Shown: positions 18,747-28,274 of the stretch, in pieces | Layout: every line of letters begins with the position of its first letter | Position numbering within the stretch: the first letter of the stretch is position 1 | The notes under the pieces: model-generated | What the model was told of the DNA's origin: nothing | The model's database searches: none | The model's input: the letters and a program-made list of their open reading frames with translations, nothing else | Translations under genes and position numbers: made by a program | Assembly (NCBI GenBank): GCA_965116885.1 | Contig: OZ220741.1 | Coordinates: 3,104,001 to 3,168,000, forward strand | Origin: Candidatus Latescibacterota bacterium | GTDB taxonomy: Bacteria > Latescibacterota > UBA2968 | Reading direction: 5' to 3' | Length of the DNA: 64,000 nt

Positions 18747-19790
18747 GTGCAAAACGATGAGTCTTTGTCTTATTCGAAGAGTGGCGTCAATATCGATGAA
18801 ACAGATGCTGTTAAAAGAGATATGGCTTCAAATATCGGGCGTGGGGATTCGAGAGTGCTCAATAAATTAGGGGCTTTTGGAAGTCTGGTCGATGGTCAGT
18901 TTGAGGGGTATGACCACCCCATTCTCGTGCTAAAAACCGAGGAGCCTGGTTCAAAGCAAAAGTTGGCGTTTGAACACGGAAGCGTAAAGTCTATTGCTTA
19001 TGATCTGGTCAATCATTTGATCAACGATATTATCGTTATGGGTGCTGATCCTTTTTATGTGCAAGATTGTATCGTTTGCGGCAAACTCGATCCCCCTGTT
19101 GTCAAAGCGCTCGTTGGGGGAATTTCCGATGCTTGTGAGGCACAGGGATGTGCATTGACGGGTGGAGAAACATCCGTTCAGCCAGGGGTTGTGGAAGATG
19201 GGGTGTATATTCTCAGTGCTTCGGCTATTGGGGTTGTCGATAAGGACAATATTATTGATGGCTCTGCGATTGAGGAGGGGGACGCGGTTCTCGCGCTTGC
19301 ATCCAATGGGCTTCATACCAATGGCTATACGCTTGTCAGGGCATTGTTGAATAATAAGCCAGAGTTGATAGATCGGGATATTCAAGGGGTGTCTTTTCTC
19401 GATATGATTTTGCGCCCACACCAGTGTTATTATCAGCCCCTGAAGGGTTTGTTTAAGGACGAGAGTTTGAAGGGTCTGGCACATATTACAGGTGGCGGTA
19501 TCCAGGATAATTTATCCCGCATTCTTCCCGAGACCTGTCAGGCTGTGATTGACCTTTCGTTACTCCAGGTCCTTCCCATCTTCAAAACGATTCGCGCAGA
19601 GGGCCTGGTTCCAGAAGACGATATGCTGCGGACTTTTAATATGGGTGTGGGGATGACGCTTGTATGCGCCCAAAATTCTGTGGCGAGGATTAACGCACAC
19701 CTGCAAAGCGTGGGATGCCAGGCGTATCCAATTGGGCGTATTATCAAAGGCGAGAAAGGCGTTGCGTTCACGGGAAAAATTAGGTGGTGA
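18747..19790 (+). CDS. purM: Phosphoribosylaminoimidazole (AIR) synthetase
   Basis: YSKSGVNID, GGET, SNGLHTNGY, AHITGGG and RTFNMGVG motifs; GTG start. Confidence 0.9.
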   Translation: MQNDESLSYSKSGVNIDETDAVKRDMASNIGRGDSRVLNKLGAFGSLVDGQFEGYDHPILVLKTEEPGSKQKLAFEHGSVKSIAYDLVNHLINDIIVMGADPFYVQDCIVCGKLDPPVVKALVGGISDACEAQGCALTGGETSVQPGVVEDGVYILSASAIGVVDKDNIIDGSAIEEGDAVLALASNGLHTNGYTLVRALLNNKPELIDRDIQGVSFLDMILRPHQCYYQPLKGLFKDESLKGLAHITGGGIQDNLSRILPETCQAVIDLSLLQVLPIFKTIRAEGLVPEDDMLRTFNMGVGMTLVCAQNSVARINAHLQSVGCQAYPIGRIIKGEKGVAFTGKIRW

Positions 19791-19803
19791 AAGGATATAA
19801 ATC

Positions 19804-20658
19804 ATGGATACACCATATCGTACCATCAGTGTAAAACCACTATCTGGAGCACTCGGTGCTGAAATTGAAGGCGTTGACATTGCGTCGGGGCTTAATGAGG
19901 AACAATTCGTTGAAATTCATCGGGCCTTTGCGGATTATAGCGTGATTCTCTTTCGCAATCAGTCCCTCACGCAGGAGCAACACATCGCATTTGCCCGACG
20001 CTGGGGGGATATCAATGTCAACCGATTTTTTACGGGCGTAGCGGAAAATCCCATTATTGCCGAGGTGAGAAAAGAACCCGATCAGGAAACCAATATTGGT
20101 CGCAACTGGCATACCGATCATTCTTACGATACCATTCCCGCACTCGGCTCGATTCTCTACGCACATGAAGTTCCCGAGTTTGGTGGCGATACGATGTTTG
20201 CCAGTATGTACAGGGCTTACGAAACCCTCTCGCCGGGGATGCGGAAGACGCTTGAAAACTTAAATGCTCTACACTCCAGCCGACATGTTTTTGGCGCAAT
20301 GAACGGCAGAAAGCCCGATCAAAGCGGTCGCATTGGCAATCCCGAACTCGCCACGCAAGACGCTATTCATCCTATAATCATAGAGCATCCCATCTCAGGT
20401 CGCAAAGCACTTTACGTAAATTCCACATTCACCGTTCAAATTGAGGGGTGGACAAAAGAGGAATCTCAACCTCTGCTTCAGTATTTGTACCGACACGCTT
20501 CCCAACCGGATTTTACATGCCGCATTCGCTGGGAAAAAAATGCCCTCGCTATCTGGGATAACCGCGCCACCTGGCATTGTGCCCTCAATGATTATCAGGG
20601 ACAGCGACGCCTCATGCACCGCATCACGATTGAAGGCGTGCCGTTGAAGGGTGTATAA
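19804..20658 (+). CDS. TauD/TfdA family Fe(II)/2-oxoglutarate dioxygenase
   Basis: WHTD, GGDT.FASM, WDNRATWH and RLMHR motifs. Confidence 0.92.
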   Translation: MDTPYRTISVKPLSGALGAEIEGVDIASGLNEEQFVEIHRAFADYSVILFRNQSLTQEQHIAFARRWGDINVNRFFTGVAENPIIAEVRKEPDQETNIGRNWHTDHSYDTIPALGSILYAHEVPEFGGDTMFASMYRAYETLSPGMRKTLENLNALHSSRHVFGAMNGRKPDQSGRIGNPELATQDAIHPIIIEHPISGRKALYVNSTFTVQIEGWTKEESQPLLQYLYRHASQPDFTCRIRWEKNALAIWDNRATWHCALNDYQGQRRLMHRITIEGVPLKGV

Positions 20659-20686
20659 CTGCTTAGCAGTTCAATAGGAGTAGCTC

Positions 20687-22075
20687 ATGCAAACGCGCCG
20701 CGATTTTTTATGTACTACCTTCACGAGTACTGCTGTACTCGCCACAAGTGCTTTTCCCTCATCGCTTTTCGCACAACAAAAATCCAATGTGCTCTTTATC
20801 GCAGTGGATGATCTCAATGATTGGATTGGCTGTTTGGGAGGGCACCCGGATTCTGTAACGCCCAATTTAGATCGTCTGGCGAGTCGTAGTACCTTATTTA
20901 CCCGTGCGTATTGCAACGCGCCTGCGTGCAATCCCTCGCGTGGAAGCCTGGTGACGGGTAAATTGCCCACAACAACGGGGGTGTATGAAAATGCCCATTC
21001 GTTTCGGCAACAGGATCCAGATGCCGTGACTCTGATGCAGCATTTTATGGGTAATGGATATTATGTTGCGGGTAGAGGCAAAATCACGCGGCAAGGGAGA
21101 CCTGCCGATGTGGTATCTTATCACGACTATGTTCCTCAGGGGCAGGACCCAATTCCTCCCAATCCACCGCTGAATGGTTTTTCACAAAGCCGGTTCGATT
21201 GGGGACCAATAGATGTGCCGGTGGAGGAGATGGACGATTGGAAAGTGGTGCAGTGGGGCAAGGAGGTGCTGAATAAGAAGCACGACAAACCCTTCTTTTT
21301 GGCCTGTGGTCTCTATCGCCCGCACTTGCCGTGGTACGTGCCCCGAAAGTATTTTGATTTGTATCCCCCAGACGAGATCACATTGCCCAATATAGACGAA
21401 AACGATCTCGACGATGTGCCTCCTATCGGGCGATCATTTGTCGCGCGGCGGGATGATCACAAAAATGTGACTGAGACGGACAATTGGCGGAGGGCTGTCG
21501 CAGGGTATCTCGCCTGTATTCGATTCGCCGATGATATGATTGGGGAGTTATTGGATGCGCTCGACAGTAGTTCTTATGCCGACAACACGATGATTGTGCT
21601 GTGGGGAGATCACGGCTGGCATCTGGGGGAAAAACTCCATTGGCGCAAATTTGCCCTTTGGGAAGAGGCAACGCGCGTACCGCTCATGGTTTCAGCACCG
21701 GGTATGGCACCTGGACGATGTGACCGCACGGTGAGTCTGGTCGATCTGTATCCAACATTTATTGACGTCTGCGGTTTGCCCCAAAGAGATGGTCTGGATG
21801 GCGTGAGCTTAAAACCCCTGATGGCGCAGCCCGACCGCGAATGGGACCGACCCGCGCTGACCACGCATATTCGAGGCAATCACAGTGTGCGCTCTGAACG
21901 ATGGCGATATATTCGCTATTCAGATGGCACAGAAGAACTCTACGATCACGAAAATGACAGTCTCGAATGGACAAATCTCGCGGAAGATGCGCAGTACAGA
22001 GATATCATAGCTGCTCATGCCGCCTGGATACCCAAAGTGGAAGCACCCACCGCAGAACCTCTGCGCCGTCGGTAG
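20687..22075 (+). CDS. Tat-exported S1 sulfatase (choline/iduronate sulfatase-like)
   Basis: TRRDFL Tat signal, VDDLN, CNPSR formylglycine motif, RPHLPW, GDHGWHLGEK. Confidence 0.92.
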   Translation: MQTRRDFLCTTFTSTAVLATSAFPSSLFAQQKSNVLFIAVDDLNDWIGCLGGHPDSVTPNLDRLASRSTLFTRAYCNAPACNPSRGSLVTGKLPTTTGVYENAHSFRQQDPDAVTLMQHFMGNGYYVAGRGKITRQGRPADVVSYHDYVPQGQDPIPPNPPLNGFSQSRFDWGPIDVPVEEMDDWKVVQWGKEVLNKKHDKPFFLACGLYRPHLPWYVPRKYFDLYPPDEITLPNIDENDLDDVPPIGRSFVARRDDHKNVTETDNWRRAVAGYLACIRFADDMIGELLDALDSSSYADNTMIVLWGDHGWHLGEKLHWRKFALWEEATRVPLMVSAPGMAPGRCDRTVSLVDLYPTFIDVCGLPQRDGLDGVSLKPLMAQPDREWDRPALTTHIRGNHSVRSERWRYIRYSDGTEELYDHENDSLEWTNLAEDAQYRDIIAAHAAWIPKVEAPTAEPLRRR

Positions 22076-22122
22076 GGATTGAGCGATGGACAATTCATTC
22101 CAAAACCCGGAGAAAATCCGTC

Positions 22123-23373
22123 ATGAAAATCGCAAATGCAACCCGTCACAGCCTCAATATTCCCTTTTACTGCAAACGGGTCGAGCGCGCTATGCACCGC
22201 GCTCAGACTCACGACGAACGGGTCTATCTCTACCGCATTGAAACCGATGAGGGTATCGTGGGCTATGGAGATAGCCTGTCTGTTAGCGATGTACATACAC
22301 TGATCGGTCAGAACCCCTTCCAGATCATGCACAACGACGCCATTGGCTTTGGCCCACAGCTCGCTGTTTTGGACGCTGTTGGAAAAGCCGCTGATGTGCC
22401 CGTCCATGCTCTGCTCGGTACCAAATTGCGCGACCGATGCCCCATCTCCTGGTGGGACATTGACATGTCACCTGACGATTGGGTTGCAGAAGCCAGAGAA
22501 TCTCTCAAACGCGGGTACACTTCCTTCAAAATGAAAGCCCGCCCCTGGCGAGACATCCTCCAGCAGGTCGAAGCCGTTGGCAAAGTCGTACCTGCAGATT
22601 ACAAATTCGACATAGATTTCAACGGTTTTCTGCTCAATCAGGCAAAAGCGGAGATTATCCTCCAGCAGCTCGACAATCATCCCAATGTCGGCATCTACGA
22701 AAGTCCCTTCTACCTTTATGGCGATCTTACCGGCGCGCGGATTCTTCGCGAACGCGTATGCAAACCCGTCGTCGAACATTTCCGGGAAGAATATTTGCAC
22801 GCCCACGCCTGCGATGGCTTTGTCATTGGCGGCGGCGTCACAGAAGTCCGCCGGCAGGCCGCGCTCGCCGCCGCTTTCAACAAACCCTTCTGGTTGCAAC
22901 TGGTCGGCACTGGAATTACCACTGCCTTCGCCGTACATCTCGGCTCTGTTCTTTCTCACGCTCAGTTGCCCTACATTACCTGTCACGAACTCTGGAAACA
23001 CGACTTGCTCAAAAGACGCCTCGACGTGATCGACGGTCACATCCAGGTCTCCGATGCTCCTGGCCTGGGCATTGAAGTCGATGAAAAAGCCGTCGAAAAA
23101 TATACGGTTGATCCCGACACACCCACACCTAAAAGGCTCTACCGCAGCAAAAAACGCATCCTGCGCATCTCGTGGCCCGGTGCGGGCAAACAGAAACGCA
23201 TCTGGGAATTTACCGATGAAGCCATCTACCAGAAGACCTTCTACGCAGGTAGCATCCCCGGATTTGAACGTGGCGTTACCCTGGAAGTTATCGAAGACGA
23301 CGATAGCGCGACTTTTAAAAAAGCCCATGCCACGCTGGCAAAATGCGAGGCAACTATACCCGCCCTGACGTGA
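22123..23373 (+). CDS. Mandelate racemase/muconate lactonizing enzyme (enolase superfamily)
   Basis: IETDEGIVGYG, KMK, DFN, YESP and PGLGIEVD motifs. Confidence 0.85.
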   Translation: MKIANATRHSLNIPFYCKRVERAMHRAQTHDERVYLYRIETDEGIVGYGDSLSVSDVHTLIGQNPFQIMHNDAIGFGPQLAVLDAVGKAADVPVHALLGTKLRDRCPISWWDIDMSPDDWVAEARESLKRGYTSFKMKARPWRDILQQVEAVGKVVPADYKFDIDFNGFLLNQAKAEIILQQLDNHPNVGIYESPFYLYGDLTGARILRERVCKPVVEHFREEYLHAHACDGFVIGGGVTEVRRQAALAAAFNKPFWLQLVGTGITTAFAVHLGSVLSHAQLPYITCHELWKHDLLKRRLDVIDGHIQVSDAPGLGIEVDEKAVEKYTVDPDTPTPKRLYRSKKRILRISWPGAGKQKRIWEFTDEAIYQKTFYAGSIPGFERGVTLEVIEDDDSATFKKAHATLAKCEATIPALT

Positions 23374-23396
23374 ATTAAAGTTAGGAGGATTCTATC

Positions 23397-24611
23397 ATGA
23401 AAATCATCGATATCGACATCATCCCCATCTACCCCAAAATCGCCGACCGGAATGCCGATCAGCAAGCCCGGTTTTTCAATATAAACCATCGTACCATTTT
23501 TAAAATTACGACTGACAATGGCATTGTGGGCTATGGTGACGCACGCTGCGAGGCCCCTCTCAAGTCCACTGTAAATCACCTGATCGACCGCGATCCGTTT
23601 GACTTTATCAACGCCGATCTCAACAGCGGTCTGATGGGCGCTCTCTACGATACCATGGGCAAATACCTTGAAATTCCCGCATACAAACTCATGGGGCAGA
23701 AAATACGCGACCGCGTACCTGTAGCTGCCTGGACCCGCCCGGCCTCCCCGGAAGACCTGGCCAAAGAGGTTCAGCGAGCCGTGGAAGAAGGGTATATGAT
23801 CTTTAAAATCCACACCTGCGCCTATTACGATGTGTACGAACAAACCAGAGCTGTTGAGGAGGTTGCTCCGCCCGGTTTCAAAATGCATTACGACTTCAAT
23901 CACAATCGGCCGCTTGCCGCTGTCCTGCGGATCTTGCAGGAACTGGAGAAGTCCCCCGTCGTAGGTATGATCGAAGATCCTCTGGTCTTATCCGATGTCG
24001 AAGGCTGGCGCATTCTGAGGGAGAAAACCAGTTTGCCGCTGCTCATGCACGTCCCTCAACTCGGCGGCGGTCAGGAGATTATTCACGGTTGCGCCGATGC
24101 CTACATGATCGGCGAAGGCGGCATTGGCTCTACCCTCGTGCGTGGATTTGCTGCTGCCCTGGCCAATATCTCCTCTGTCATCCAGCTCACAGGCGGTACC
24201 CTCACCAAAGCCCTGGCTCTTCATATGGGCGCCGTGATTCCCAATGTGGCTCATTCTACCAACCTGGACGACCAGTACGGTGAAGACGTTGTCAAACAGC
24301 GCATTGAAGTCGCAGGCGGTTCCTCTCCGGTACCCAAAGGCCCCGGCCTCGGCGCAGATGTTGACGAAGACGCGCTGGCCAGATGCGCCGCCAACAAACC
24401 CACTGTTATTCCCCCCACTATTGGCATCCTGCATTTACCCGATGGCCACAAGTTCTATACCAGAGGATTCCCAAACGTTGCTCGCCTCACTGGTTTCCCC
24501 GAAGGCAACATCCGGGGTATTCGCCTGGATGTCTGGGAAGACGACGGTTCCGACGAGTTCAGGCAAACTCTGCAACGCATCGATCAGCAGGGTCCGTTTA
24601 TGGAAAAATAG
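23397..24611 (+). CDS. Mandelate racemase/muconate lactonizing enzyme (second paralogue)
   Basis: TTDNGIVGYG, KIH, DFN, IEDP and PGLGADVD motifs. Confidence 0.85.
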   Translation: MKIIDIDIIPIYPKIADRNADQQARFFNINHRTIFKITTDNGIVGYGDARCEAPLKSTVNHLIDRDPFDFINADLNSGLMGALYDTMGKYLEIPAYKLMGQKIRDRVPVAAWTRPASPEDLAKEVQRAVEEGYMIFKIHTCAYYDVYEQTRAVEEVAPPGFKMHYDFNHNRPLAAVLRILQELEKSPVVGMIEDPLVLSDVEGWRILREKTSLPLLMHVPQLGGGQEIIHGCADAYMIGEGGIGSTLVRGFAAALANISSVIQLTGGTLTKALALHMGAVIPNVAHSTNLDDQYGEDVVKQRIEVAGGSSPVPKGPGLGADVDEDALARCAANKPTVIPPTIGILHLPDGHKFYTRGFPNVARLTGFPEGNIRGIRLDVWEDDGSDEFRQTLQRIDQQGPFMEK

Positions 24612-24651
24612 ATGTTCTGTGTGGCGTAAACTTTCTATCAGGTCTCTTATT

Positions 24652-25410
24652 ATGCACACCAGCACCCTCTTAGTGTCTCAGGATTTTGAATACTGGCAAT
24701 CTGGCGAAAACGGCCTCACTTGTGTCGATTTTGAGACCTTCTGTCCGGACTACCACGAATTGGACCGCACGGGTGTGATCTCTCCCCATCTTGAAGACGG
24801 CATACTGCACGCCGGATATGCACTTCTGGCATTGACCACCGCCTTTTACGATATCTGGCGCGCACGCACGGATGATTTTTTTATCTATCCCCAGCACTTT
24901 GCCATCCTGGACATCACCAGAGAAGGCGTCAATACGGGGTGCGGGCGCCTGCCACTTGAGAAAAATACACTGGGTGGTCCATGGGGCAACTTAGACGTCT
25001 GGCCCAACTCGAAATGGATTCCCGCCCAAGGGAGCGTTTCCGGCATGCTCAAGAAAGCGTTTGACCTTCAGATCAACCGCCTATTCTGGCCTGAGACCTT
25101 CCGCCCAAACCGCGAAGAAAAATCTCTACCTGCTTATGCGGTCAAAATGCTCCGTACCCACTTGAAAACTGTCTATTATTACAATACCTCCGAACCCAAT
25201 ATCGAAATCCATACCGCTCAAAACGTGCAGGATCTCCTTCTGACGAGCCTCGATAGACTGTCTGACATAGATGGCCTATCAATACAGCATTTTCTTCGGC
25301 GACAGATTCTCGAAAACCCTCAGACCGATTATTGTTACGTCGAACAGTATCGCAAAGTAGATCTGGATCATTTTCTCAACGACATGGCAGATTGCTTTGA
25401 AAATGCCTGA
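24652..25410 (+). CDS. Hypothetical protein
   Basis: 252-codon ORF filling the gap in a co-directional operon; no motif recognised. Confidence 0.65.
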   Translation: MHTSTLLVSQDFEYWQSGENGLTCVDFETFCPDYHELDRTGVISPHLEDGILHAGYALLALTTAFYDIWRARTDDFFIYPQHFAILDITREGVNTGCGRLPLEKNTLGGPWGNLDVWPNSKWIPAQGSVSGMLKKAFDLQINRLFWPETFRPNREEKSLPAYAVKMLRTHLKTVYYYNTSEPNIEIHTAQNVQDLLLTSLDRLSDIDGLSIQHFLRRQILENPQTDYCYVEQYRKVDLDHFLNDMADCFENA

Positions 25411-25446
25411 TTGAGACTCGCATAATTTTTTCCTGGGGGGAATTCT

Positions 25447-26808
25447 TTGGCTAAAGGTCAACTCCTACACCTGCTAACCGCCCGCGCCGAGTCTAAAAAT
25501 CCCCTTCGCGTGGGCCTCATCGGCGCTGGAAAGTTCGGCACCATGTTTCTGGCTCAGGCCCGCCGCGTTGCGGGTCTGCACGTCCTGGGTGTGGCCGATT
25601 TATCCCTGCACCGAGCGCGTGAATCCCTCACGCGTGCTGAGTGGCCGCCCGAACAATTTGACGCAACCCACTTTGATCACGCCCTAAAAACCGGCGCCAC
25701 CTATCTCACCGATGACGGCGATGCCCTCATCCGGGCGGACGGTCTGGACGTTCTGGTCGAAGCCACTGGCAATCCTCTCGCGGGTATCCACCACGCCCTT
25801 CAGGCCATCGAACACGGGCGCCACCTGGTCATGGTCAATGTCGAAGCAGATGTTCTGGTCGGCCCTATCCTGGCTCAACGTGCAGCATCCGCTGGCCTCG
25901 TGTACACCCTCGCCTATGGCGACCAACCGGCTTTGATCTGTGAATTGGTTGAATGGGCACAGACCAACGGCTTCGACATTGTCTGCGCTGGCAAGGGCAC
26001 CAAATACCGGCCCGCGTACCACACATCCACTCCTGATACTGTCTGGGATCATTATGGTTTTGATGCTGAAACCGCTGCAAAAGACGGTTTGAACCCCCGT
26101 ATGTTCAACTCCTTTTTGGACGGTACAAAATCCGCCATTGAAATGGCCGCTGTCTCAAATGCCACCGGCCTGAATCCTCAGCCCGAAGGCCTGAAGTTCC
26201 CACCCTGCGGCATTGACCAGCTATCCGATATTTGCCGGCCTCATAGCGACGGGGGGCAGCTTTCTCACAAGGGAACCGTCGAAGTCGTCTCCAGCCTGCA
26301 ACCAGACGGAACGCCTGTAGATCGGGATCTGCGCTGGGGGGTTTATGTCACCATCGAAGCCCCCGGCGACTACATCCGCCGCTGTTTCTCCGAGTACGGC
26401 CTTCCCACTGATTCCACTGGGCGTTATACGGCCATCTACCGTCCCTACCATCTGGTTGGCATGGAACTCACCACCAGCGTCTTGCGCGCTGGCTTGCGCG
26501 GCGAAGCCAGCGGCGTGCCCGTTGTTTTTAATGCAGACGTTGTCGCCACTGCAAAACGCGATCTCTCTCAGGGAGAAGTCCTGGACGGCGAAGGTGGCTA
26601 TCGGGTGTACGGCAAGCTCAAACCAGCGGATCAGGCTCTCTTTTCCAACACCCTGCCCATCGGCCTGGCTCACGATCTCAAGCTAAAACACAAAATCGCC
26701 GCGGGGCAACCCATACACCAATCCGATGTCGAATTTGACAAAGACAACGCCATTCTCCGCCTCCGCCGGGAAATGGTACAACGCTTTGTGGGAAGGAACG
26801 AATTTTGA
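25447..26808 (+). CDS. NAD(P)-dependent oxidoreductase, homoserine-dehydrogenase-like, with C-terminal SAF domain
   Basis: GLIGAGKFG, VNVEAD, GDQP, DGTK, RPYHL and AKRDL..GEVLDGEGG motifs. Confidence 0.88.
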   Translation: MAKGQLLHLLTARAESKNPLRVGLIGAGKFGTMFLAQARRVAGLHVLGVADLSLHRARESLTRAEWPPEQFDATHFDHALKTGATYLTDDGDALIRADGLDVLVEATGNPLAGIHHALQAIEHGRHLVMVNVEADVLVGPILAQRAASAGLVYTLAYGDQPALICELVEWAQTNGFDIVCAGKGTKYRPAYHTSTPDTVWDHYGFDAETAAKDGLNPRMFNSFLDGTKSAIEMAAVSNATGLNPQPEGLKFPPCGIDQLSDICRPHSDGGQLSHKGTVEVVSSLQPDGTPVDRDLRWGVYVTIEAPGDYIRRCFSEYGLPTDSTGRYTAIYRPYHLVGMELTTSVLRAGLRGEASGVPVVFNADVVATAKRDLSQGEVLDGEGGYRVYGKLKPADQALFSNTLPIGLAHDLKLKHKIAAGQPIHQSDVEFDKDNAILRLRREMVQRFVGRNEF

Positions 26809-26817
26809 ACAGTGGGC

Positions 26818-26918
26818 CCGCACGGTGAATCTGGTTGATCTGTATCCTACATTTATTGATATTTGTGTTTTGCTCCAAAGGGATGATCTGGACGGCGTGA
26901 GCTTAAAACCCCTGATGG
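26818..26918 (+). pseudogene. Decayed 101-bp fragment of the sulfatase gene (copy of 21724-21824)
   Basis: About 89/101 nt identical by manual alignment; RTVNLVDLYPTFIDICVLLQRDDLDGVSLKPLM versus RTVSLVDLYPTFIDVCGLPQRDGLDGVSLKPLM. Confidence 0.9.
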
Positions 26919-26960
26919 GCAACTCGATTGCGGCGTGAATGATGAATAGGGAGTAAAACA

Positions 26961-27281
26961 ATGCACAATGAACAGTCGCTTTTGCCACCGAAAATTTCAT
27001 TTTTTGAAAAACGATTGACAATAATTCTCGCTCGAGATGGCGCGATGGTATGCGCTTTCTGTCCCGAATTGGATTTGGTGACTGAAATGGCAACGCCCGA
27101 TGAAGCACTGGAAGATATGCTGGAAGCCATGCAGGATTATGCTGAGGAATATTTAGAGGACTTAGAAATTTATGAAAACAGTCCCAATCGCGCCCATCAT
27201 TTGCCTTATATCCAGGCGATTGCTGCATGTAAAGATGTCTGGGATATAGGAGAACCCATCGATGGCATCCGTAACCTTTAA
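26961..27281 (+). CDS. HicB-like antitoxin-fold protein (orphan)
   Basis: AFCPELDLVTEMATPDEALEDMLEAM pattern; acidic; GGAG RBS. Confidence 0.6.
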   Translation: MHNEQSLLPPKISFFEKRLTIILARDGAMVCAFCPELDLVTEMATPDEALEDMLEAMQDYAEEYLEDLEIYENSPNRAHHLPYIQAIAACKDVWDIGEPIDGIRNL

Positions 27282-28218
27282 AGGCGTCTTTCCAATCCTC
27301 GTCACTCCATTCGATGACCAGGGCAACCTCGATCTGGAATCCTTTGATCGAACGGTACGCTTTATGGCGGATATCGGTGTAAACGGCGTTACCATCATTG
27401 GTGTACTCGGTGAATCCAATCGAATGCTGGATGCCGAAAGGGAGCAGCTTATTAAAACCGCTGTGGATGCTGCAGGCGGGCGCATTCCCGTTATTGTGGG
27501 CACGAGCTACAGCGGCACACGGGCGACCCGTGAACTCAGCCGGATGGCTGAGTCTCTCGGCGCCGCCGGTGTGATGGTCACCCCTTCGCGCGAATCCGTG
27601 CCCAACGAAGACCGCATTTTCGAATTTTTCCAGCAGGTGGCCGAAGGCATTTCCATTCCCATCGTCGTACAGGACCACCCCGCTTCCACCCAAGTTCACA
27701 TGTCCGTCCCTCTTATCTTGCGTCTCATCCGCGAAATTCCGCTCGTCGCCTGTATTAAAGAAGAGGCCGTGCCCACCCCGCCCAGGATTACCGCCCTCTT
27801 GAACGGCATTGGAGACCGTGCGGTCACCATTCTCACTGGCCTCGGCGCTCTCTACGGTGCCTTTGATCTTGCCCGCGGCGCACACGGTTTTATGACCGGC
27901 TTTGCCTTCCCCGAAGTTCTGCTCGCCCTGGTCCGGAGCGCTCAAAATAAAGACTTTGACACCGTACACGACATCTATCACCGATTCCTGCCGCTCATGC
28001 ACAAAATGCTGCCCGGCATGGATATTACGAGACCTATGTACGAACAACAGCCGGGGGTGGCTATCCGCAAAGAGATCTTCCGCCTGCGTGGCCTTATCGC
28101 CAGCAGCTACGTGCGCCATCCCGGCGCACATATCGACCCAACCACTGCCGACCACTTGAAATCACTCTTGCACAAAATGCTGCCCGGCATGGATATTACG
28201 AGACCTATTGAGGTGTGA
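27262..28218 (+). CDS. Dihydrodipicolinate synthase/N-acetylneuraminate lyase family protein
   Basis: GVFPILVTPF, GVLGE, IPVIVG and IKEE motifs; carries an internal duplication. Confidence 0.88.
   Translation: MASVTFKGVFPILVTPFDDQGNLDLESFDRTVRFMADIGVNGVTIIGVLGESNRMLDAEREQLIKTAVDAAGGRIPVIVGTSYSGTRATRELSRMAESLGAAGVMVTPSRESVPNEDRIFEFFQQVAEGISIPIVVQDHPASTQVHMSVPLILRLIREIPLVACIKEEAVPTPPRITALLNGIGDRAVTILTGLGALYGAFDLARGAHGFMTGFAFPEVLLALVRSAQNKDFDTVHDIYHRFLPLMHKMLPGMDITRPMYEQQPGVAIRKEIFRLRGLIASSYVRHPGAHIDPTTADHLKSLLHKMLPGMDITRPIEV
27998..28208 (+). repeat. Exact 40-bp direct repeat (27998-28037 and 28169-28208)
   Basis: TGCACAAAATGCTGCCCGGCATGGATATTACGAGACCTAT occurs twice. Confidence 0.92.
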
Positions 28219-28274
28219 TAGGTGTGCTGTTATGGAATAAGAAAAACCCCTCAAGGAAAGAGACACGTTTCTAC

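Noticed and set aside
21967..25410. Long N-terminal extensions given by the ORF track (starts 21967 and 24244; likewise 13404, 17373, 48082, 49233)
   Set aside because: They overlap upstream genes or repeats; downstream ATGs with RBS or family-typical N-termini fit better.
26726..26938. 70-aa ORF with sulfatase-like sequence
   Set aside because: A chimera of an alternate frame of the oxidoreductase end and the decayed sulfatase fragment; not a gene.
26683..28155. 490-aa minus-strand ORF
   Set aside because: Antisense shadow of the HicB-like and DHDPS genes; no recognisable motifs.
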